Source: Bugula neritina
Lineage: Eukaryota > Animalia > Bryozoa
Assembly (NCBI GenBank): GCA_964035545.1
Contig: CAXIUT010000252.1
Location: forward strand, 1-14,841
Reading direction: 5' to 3'
Length of the DNA: 14,841 bases
Shown: piece after piece, positions 10,601 to 14,841 of the stretch
How positions within the stretch are numbered: the stretch's first letter is position 1
How the letters are laid out: each line of letters begins with the position of its first letter
Translations under genes and position numbers: made by a program
Notes under the pieces: model-generated
The model's database searches: none
Seen by the model: only the letters and a program-made list of their open reading frames with translations
Told to the model about the DNA's origin: nothing

Positions 10601-12584
10601 ATTTAGATCTGATGGCTGCTTGAAGTGTTGAGGCGTAGGTGTTGTAGGGGATAGCTGTTGAACTGCCTACTTAGATATCAACTCCTCCAATGCTAAGTCC
10701 AAAGGTGCCTGTTAATAATGGTGAGTGAGTTTGAGTTCTAGCTTCAGTGAAAGTTCCAGTAAAGTTATCAAGTTTAGTGACTATGAAGCTTTAGCCTTGA
10801 AGAGAATCTGATCTGAGTTTGTAGATGGAGACTTAATATTATATTTTAGCTGCTCCAGTGGTGGTGGTGATGACATTGTTGGAAGAGTCATAGATGGTTC
10901 TAACAGTAGTAAGTCCATAATTTTTATATCCATCAAAGTCATCGATGGTTGATTGGAATGTTGAGGCTGATGCACCAAAAGCAAAGCTAGATGTTTTATT
11001 ATAGTCAACATTTCTTCCATCATATCTTATAACTTGCAATTGGATGGTACCTGTTCCTGTAGTTCCTGCTGTTACAGTAAAGACTTTAATTTCTTGTTAA
11101 ACAGTGCTAATAGTTGATATTTTATCAACTTGATGGGTTTGGAAATGAGTTGTGTTATCAGTGTTTGGCATTTCAGCTGAGATCTCGAAATTTCCTGATG
11201 ATCCACCATTAATGTGATAAGCTTCAATATAATAATATTGATCTGCAACTAAGTCTATGGTTGCTTCTGCTGTTGTTATATCTTTAACAAAGAAATTGAG
11301 AAAAGTGCTATAAGTATCTGAATAGATCAAAGGAGAGGCTGGAGGTTAGACTGATCCATAATCGCTAGACATATAGAAAGCAAAGTAGTCATCAGCTGTT
11401 CCTCTGAAGGTGTAGGTACCAGTAACTGGAGCTTTGAAGTATCCACTATATGCTTGAGCTTCATTATAGTCATTATAGACGTTACCTTCTCTTAATTCTG
11501 CTCTGAATCCGCTTTCTTTAGGAGTACCAAGAGATGCACTATCTCCAGCTCGAACAGCTGTTTTGAATTTTTCAATTGTATTAATAGCAGTAACGACTTA
11601 ATATCTAGTATATTTTAGACCAGCTCCGCTTTAGTAGCCATTGGTTTGGCTTGTTGCATTAGTTGATAGCAAAGATGAAAGAGATGGATTTCTTGAGGCT
11701 AAGGTACACTTAATTTCAAAGGCGTCTGATGAGGTAACTGCACAATCATTTCCATCAACTGTAACTGAGTTATTGGATGGATTTAAAGAAAAACCTTTGC
11801 CTGAAATGGTTAAGTATTGACCACCAATGTTTCCTTGTGCTGGAGAAACACTAGAAACGGTTGGGAGAGAAGTGAACTCAAAATATTCTTTGGGATCAAA
11901 AGAACTTCTCCTGATGTTTGGGTAATGGTTGGCATATCCTGGGACAACTTGTTCTGAAACATTGTATTTATTGGCTTCTTGTTAGCTAGATTGGATGCAT
12001 TTGATGTATTCATATGAATTTTTATTAATATCTTCTTGTTCTACATCAAATCTGCTGCAGAGATCGTTACCTAGTTTTAGTTATTCAACATCTCCTAAGT
12101 CTCTTAATCCATCTCCCAAAGATTAAATTTCATGGACACCATACCAGTTGACGACAGATCCAGCGAAACCAGCACTGGGGAAGATAGCTCTTAACTCAGG
12201 TGTTATACTTGTTTGGAAATAAACTGTGTTAGGGTATGAAGTTGTGACTGACATTCCGTAACTTATCAGGGTCACTGGCATATTGTTGATGTTTTCTGAA
12301 GCTCCAGTATCGGTGGTAACGCAAGTGATAAAAGTATCAGTGACACCATCTGCTGGAACTAGACAAGGTAAGGTTCCAATAAAGATAAGGTTATCTGATG
12401 GGTCTGGACTGTGTCCCGAAGCTTTGATGTAAACCATCTTTCCTCCACGCAAGCTGGAGTAGACGGGCTGGACTACTGAAGAAGCTTCGTTTGAGACTGA
12501 CTTGATCGAGAGAGGGACTTGTTCTGATAGTGCTAAAACTATGAGAAGAAGCAGTAAAGGGATTTTAATCTCCATTTTGAACAT
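1623..12584 (-). CDS. Fibrocystin-L / PKHD1L1-like giant type I membrane protein, about 3653 aa, single exon (signal peptide, IPT/TIG repeats, PA14-like, F5/8C discoidin-like, two G8 domains each followed by PbH1 beta-helix, SEA-like, TM, cytoplasmic tail)
   Basis: The protein-like minus-strand ORF fragments from 12584 to 1998 share one frame, separated only by about 70 TAA/TAG codons; I found no in-frame TGA until 1623-1625. Motifs: GYFKAPVTGTYTFRGTADD (PA14, ~11150-11640); GGTLLTITG (IPT); FQGSND..W...FRYIRF (discoidin, ~7690-8060); WSSASTWG and WSNATQWP (G8, ~6975-7320 and ~4430-4790); AEVGLLTRNI, GRYCMHFH, FFVEDGIE, FWITNPAN, HPDGPS; TM GIVIGIAVAAVILTIGAIVTVICC (~1850-1923). Alternative start at ATG 12575. 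Confidence 0.93.
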
Positions 12585-13540
12585 TAATGATTATAGTATT
12601 GAAAAGAGTTGAAAAGCATAAAAGCAAAAGTTCGTCAACAATCGTTTTGATTCAACATTGATTTTTATGCTATTTAGTTCTTTATCATCCCAAATATATT
12701 CTTTTTCGAATAAAAACGACAACATTTTTTGATAATTTGAGCAAACTATTTAAAAAGAAGAATCTTCTAAAATATCATAAACCAATTTTTTTCTATTTGA
12801 AACTGATTCCTTGATTCAAGATTAATGATAGAAGTCAAAGAATGATCATATTGGATTTGAAACAAGGAAATAAATGGAATAAATGATGAGAATAAATAAT
12901 GTTCTTCATTTCTATGACATAAAACATTCTATATTAGCTAAAATCAAAGAATAGATTCACTAATATTCATGAAACTGAACAAAATTTTTTATTGATTCAA
13001 ATTTATAAAAAAATCATAGTTTTTATCATCTATAATTATTCAAATACTACTCAATTATAAAAATCAAGAAGAATAAAAAATAATTTAAAAATATTGCTTT
13101 AACATAGTTCTTGAATACTCGTCTAAGTTGACTCGACTAACTTTTTTTTCTATAAAAAAAATCTTTAACTCTAGAGAGATTAAAATGTTGTTTATAGATA
13201 GAGTATATTTTGTATTGAATATATATTTGAAATGATAGTTTTATAATTAATTTTTTATCCTTCTATGTCTATGTCAGATTTTATTAAATAACTTATATGA
13301 AAATAACAGATTGACTAGAAAGTACTCATTAAAGTAAAAGTTTCGAGAGTGAGTTTAAGTTAATATAAATACTTTTATATTTTATGAGGTACTTTTTGAT
13401 GATAATAATATAATAATAAATAAAAACTAAGATAAATATCTGACAAGTTGATCTATAATGCTCCAAATAATCATAAAAATAAGTGGACTAGCTCTTCTGA
13501 TGTTTATATAATTGACATAGTTGATATTTAGGATAGTTTT

Positions 13541-13828
13541 TCAAAATATAGAACAATCATCATCCAATTTTCTACCATAGTCCTTTTATCTTCTCTTCTG
13601 TCCTTTTTCACAGCTACAGTAGACAACCTGGCCAGCAAGGCACGGCTGGTTATTTTCCCAGGAGAACTTTTCTTAGTTATGTTAGCATACAGAACATTTT
13701 CCAGAAAGAAAGTTACATTTCAGAGTGATAATTCCATCTTAGCACTTAGAAGTGAAGTCAGAAAGACCAATTTTAGCTGCTACAGCTTTAAAAACACCAA
13801 TGGAAGGTTTTTCCTGGTAAAGGCTCAT
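13541..13828 (-). CDS. Small Cys-rich hypothetical protein with C-terminal CaaX box (CSIF), 95 aa
   Basis: ATG at 13828 to TGA at 13541 with four in-frame TAA; higher GC than flanks. With TAR=Glu: MSLYQEKPSIGVFKAVAAKIGLSDFTSKCEDGIITLKCNFLSGKCSVCEHNEEKFSWENNQPCLAGQVVYCSCEKGQKRREKDYGRKLDDDCSIF. Absent from the supplied ORF track. Confidence 0.8.
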
Positions 13829-13889
13829 AGAAAATAAGAATTAATATAATTTCTGATAAGACTCTTTTACATTATACATAAGCTATTCA

Positions 13890-13970
13890 GGGGTTGGGGT
13901 TGGGGTTGGGGTTGGGGTTGGGGTTGGGGTTGGGGTTGGGGTTGGGGTTGGGGTTGGGGTTGGGGTTGGG
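13890..13970. repeat. (GGGGTT)n tract, 81 nt; probable true right telomere of the minichromosome
   Basis: Perfect G4T2 repeats ending TTGGG, 61 nt from the ATG of the last gene, oriented as the partner of the left telomere. Confidence 0.95.
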
Positions 13971-14029
13971 AAAAATGTCAATAATTTATTGTTAAAAGTT
14001 TATTTTTATTAATTCTAAATATAACTGTA

Positions 14030-14098
14030 GGGGTTGGGGTTGGGGTTGGGGTTGGGGTTGGGGTTGGGGTTGGGGTTGGGGTTGGGGTTGGGGTTGGG
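14030..14098. repeat. Second internal (GGGGTT)n tract, 69 nt
   Basis: Perfect G4T2 repeats ending TTGGG, after a 59-nt AT-rich spacer. Confidence 0.95.
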
Positions 14099-14100
14099 AA

Positions 14101-14771
14101 AAGAATTAGATATCATGCATTCTGAAGATATCATACCAACACAAGCATAAGAAATATAGATACTATCAATAAAAGTTGATAAACTTCAACCAGATAAAGA
14201 ACGAATTTGGAATCCATCATTCTTCAAAACATATCAGCTACCAAATTGAATCTTTGGGTAAATTGTAGTACAACAAAGAACATAAATAACAATAAATAAA
14301 CTTTAATTAGGAGTAGTTGAATAGCTATCTTAAAAAAATCAATCTATAAGAAACCAAAACTATCAAGATCAATATAGTTGTTCATAAGAATAATAGTATT
14401 TCTTAAAATATTTAATAAAATTAATAAGAAAACTAGTATTAGTCCTTACCTAGTCAACTATCTAAAGTTAGAAGTCGATCTGATTAAATTGATTTAAGTA
14501 AACAAGTTGCTTAGGAGATCACTGACACAATGGAAATAACTCAATAATTTTTATGTAGTTCTCAAATTGAGTGGTTTAAAGTATAGAAATGCAAGGAGAT
14601 AGAGCAGATAGAGCAGGAGTTGATGCAGAATCGTAGAAAAAATAAGCTAGCGATTGAAAAGAGAAGATATACTGATGTTTAGAAGTTATATAGCTATTTG
14701 GGAAAGTTAAAAATGAATAAATATGATTATTCTTATGCATAGTTATTTATATTTGTATTTATTGTATTAAA
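14101..14771 (+). CDS. 5'-truncated fragment of an unrelated acidic/coiled-coil-like protein gene; no in-frame TGA before the telomere
   Basis: Frame starting 14101 has about 223 codons without TGA. With TAR=Glu it reads KNEISCILK...NFNEEELNSYLKK...SENIEENEEENEYESL...KEIEQIEQELMQNRRKNKLAIEKRR...YDYSYA. No ATG at its 5' end. Confidence 0.55.
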
Positions 14772-14841
14772 GGGGGTTGGGGTTGGGGTTGGGGTTGGGG
14801 TTGGGGTTGGGGTTGGGGTTGGGGTTGGGGTTGGGGTTGGG
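14772..14841. repeat. Terminal (GGGGTT)n telomere
   Basis: G4T2 repeats to the window end, finishing TTGGG. Confidence 0.97.

Noticed and set aside
1998-12584. Many short separate genes or a pseudogene, as the ORF track suggests
   Set aside because: The minus-strand fragments share one frame and one continuous domain architecture, broken only by reassigned TAA/TAG codons.
1623-12584. Standard ciliate code (table 6, TAR=Gln)
   Set aside because: Diagnostic conserved positions (GTE, LVVExN, NxxGES) favour Glu; disfavoured, though not formally excluded without an alignment.
12778-12792. TAAACCAATTTTTTT, 12/15 match to the Tetrahymena chromosome breakage sequence TAAACCAACCTCTTT
   Set aside because: Mismatches fall in the conserved core, the context is AT-rich, and a functional site would be removed from macronuclear DNA.
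13890-14841. CRISPR-like array or telomere-targeting retroelement
   Set aside because: Repeats are plain telomeric hexamers, spacers are very unequal, no reverse transcriptase motifs are visible, and the ORF is on the G-strand sense with A rather than T at the junction, unlike reverse transcription primed from the chromosome 3' end.

Overview
Ciliate macronuclear DNA. A telomere-to-telomere minichromosome (about 1-13970, C4A2/G4T2 repeats) carries four minus-strand, head-to-tail genes: two tandem secreted Cys-rich c-type-lysozyme-like genes, each with one 20-nt intron at the same site; one intronless ~3650-aa fibrocystin-L/PKHD1L1-like membrane protein; and a 95-aa Cys-rich CaaX protein. The supplied ORF track is fragmented because TAA/TAG are sense codons and only TGA stops. 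Conserved positions indicate TAR = Glu (peritrich-type code, NCBI table 30) rather than the usual ciliate Gln. Beyond the right telomere, two further telomere-capped pieces are joined in the same orientation: 59 nt, and about 673 nt holding a 5'-truncated reading frame with no TGA. These may be library/assembly chimeras or real end-joining. All translations were done by hand; no database searches were run.
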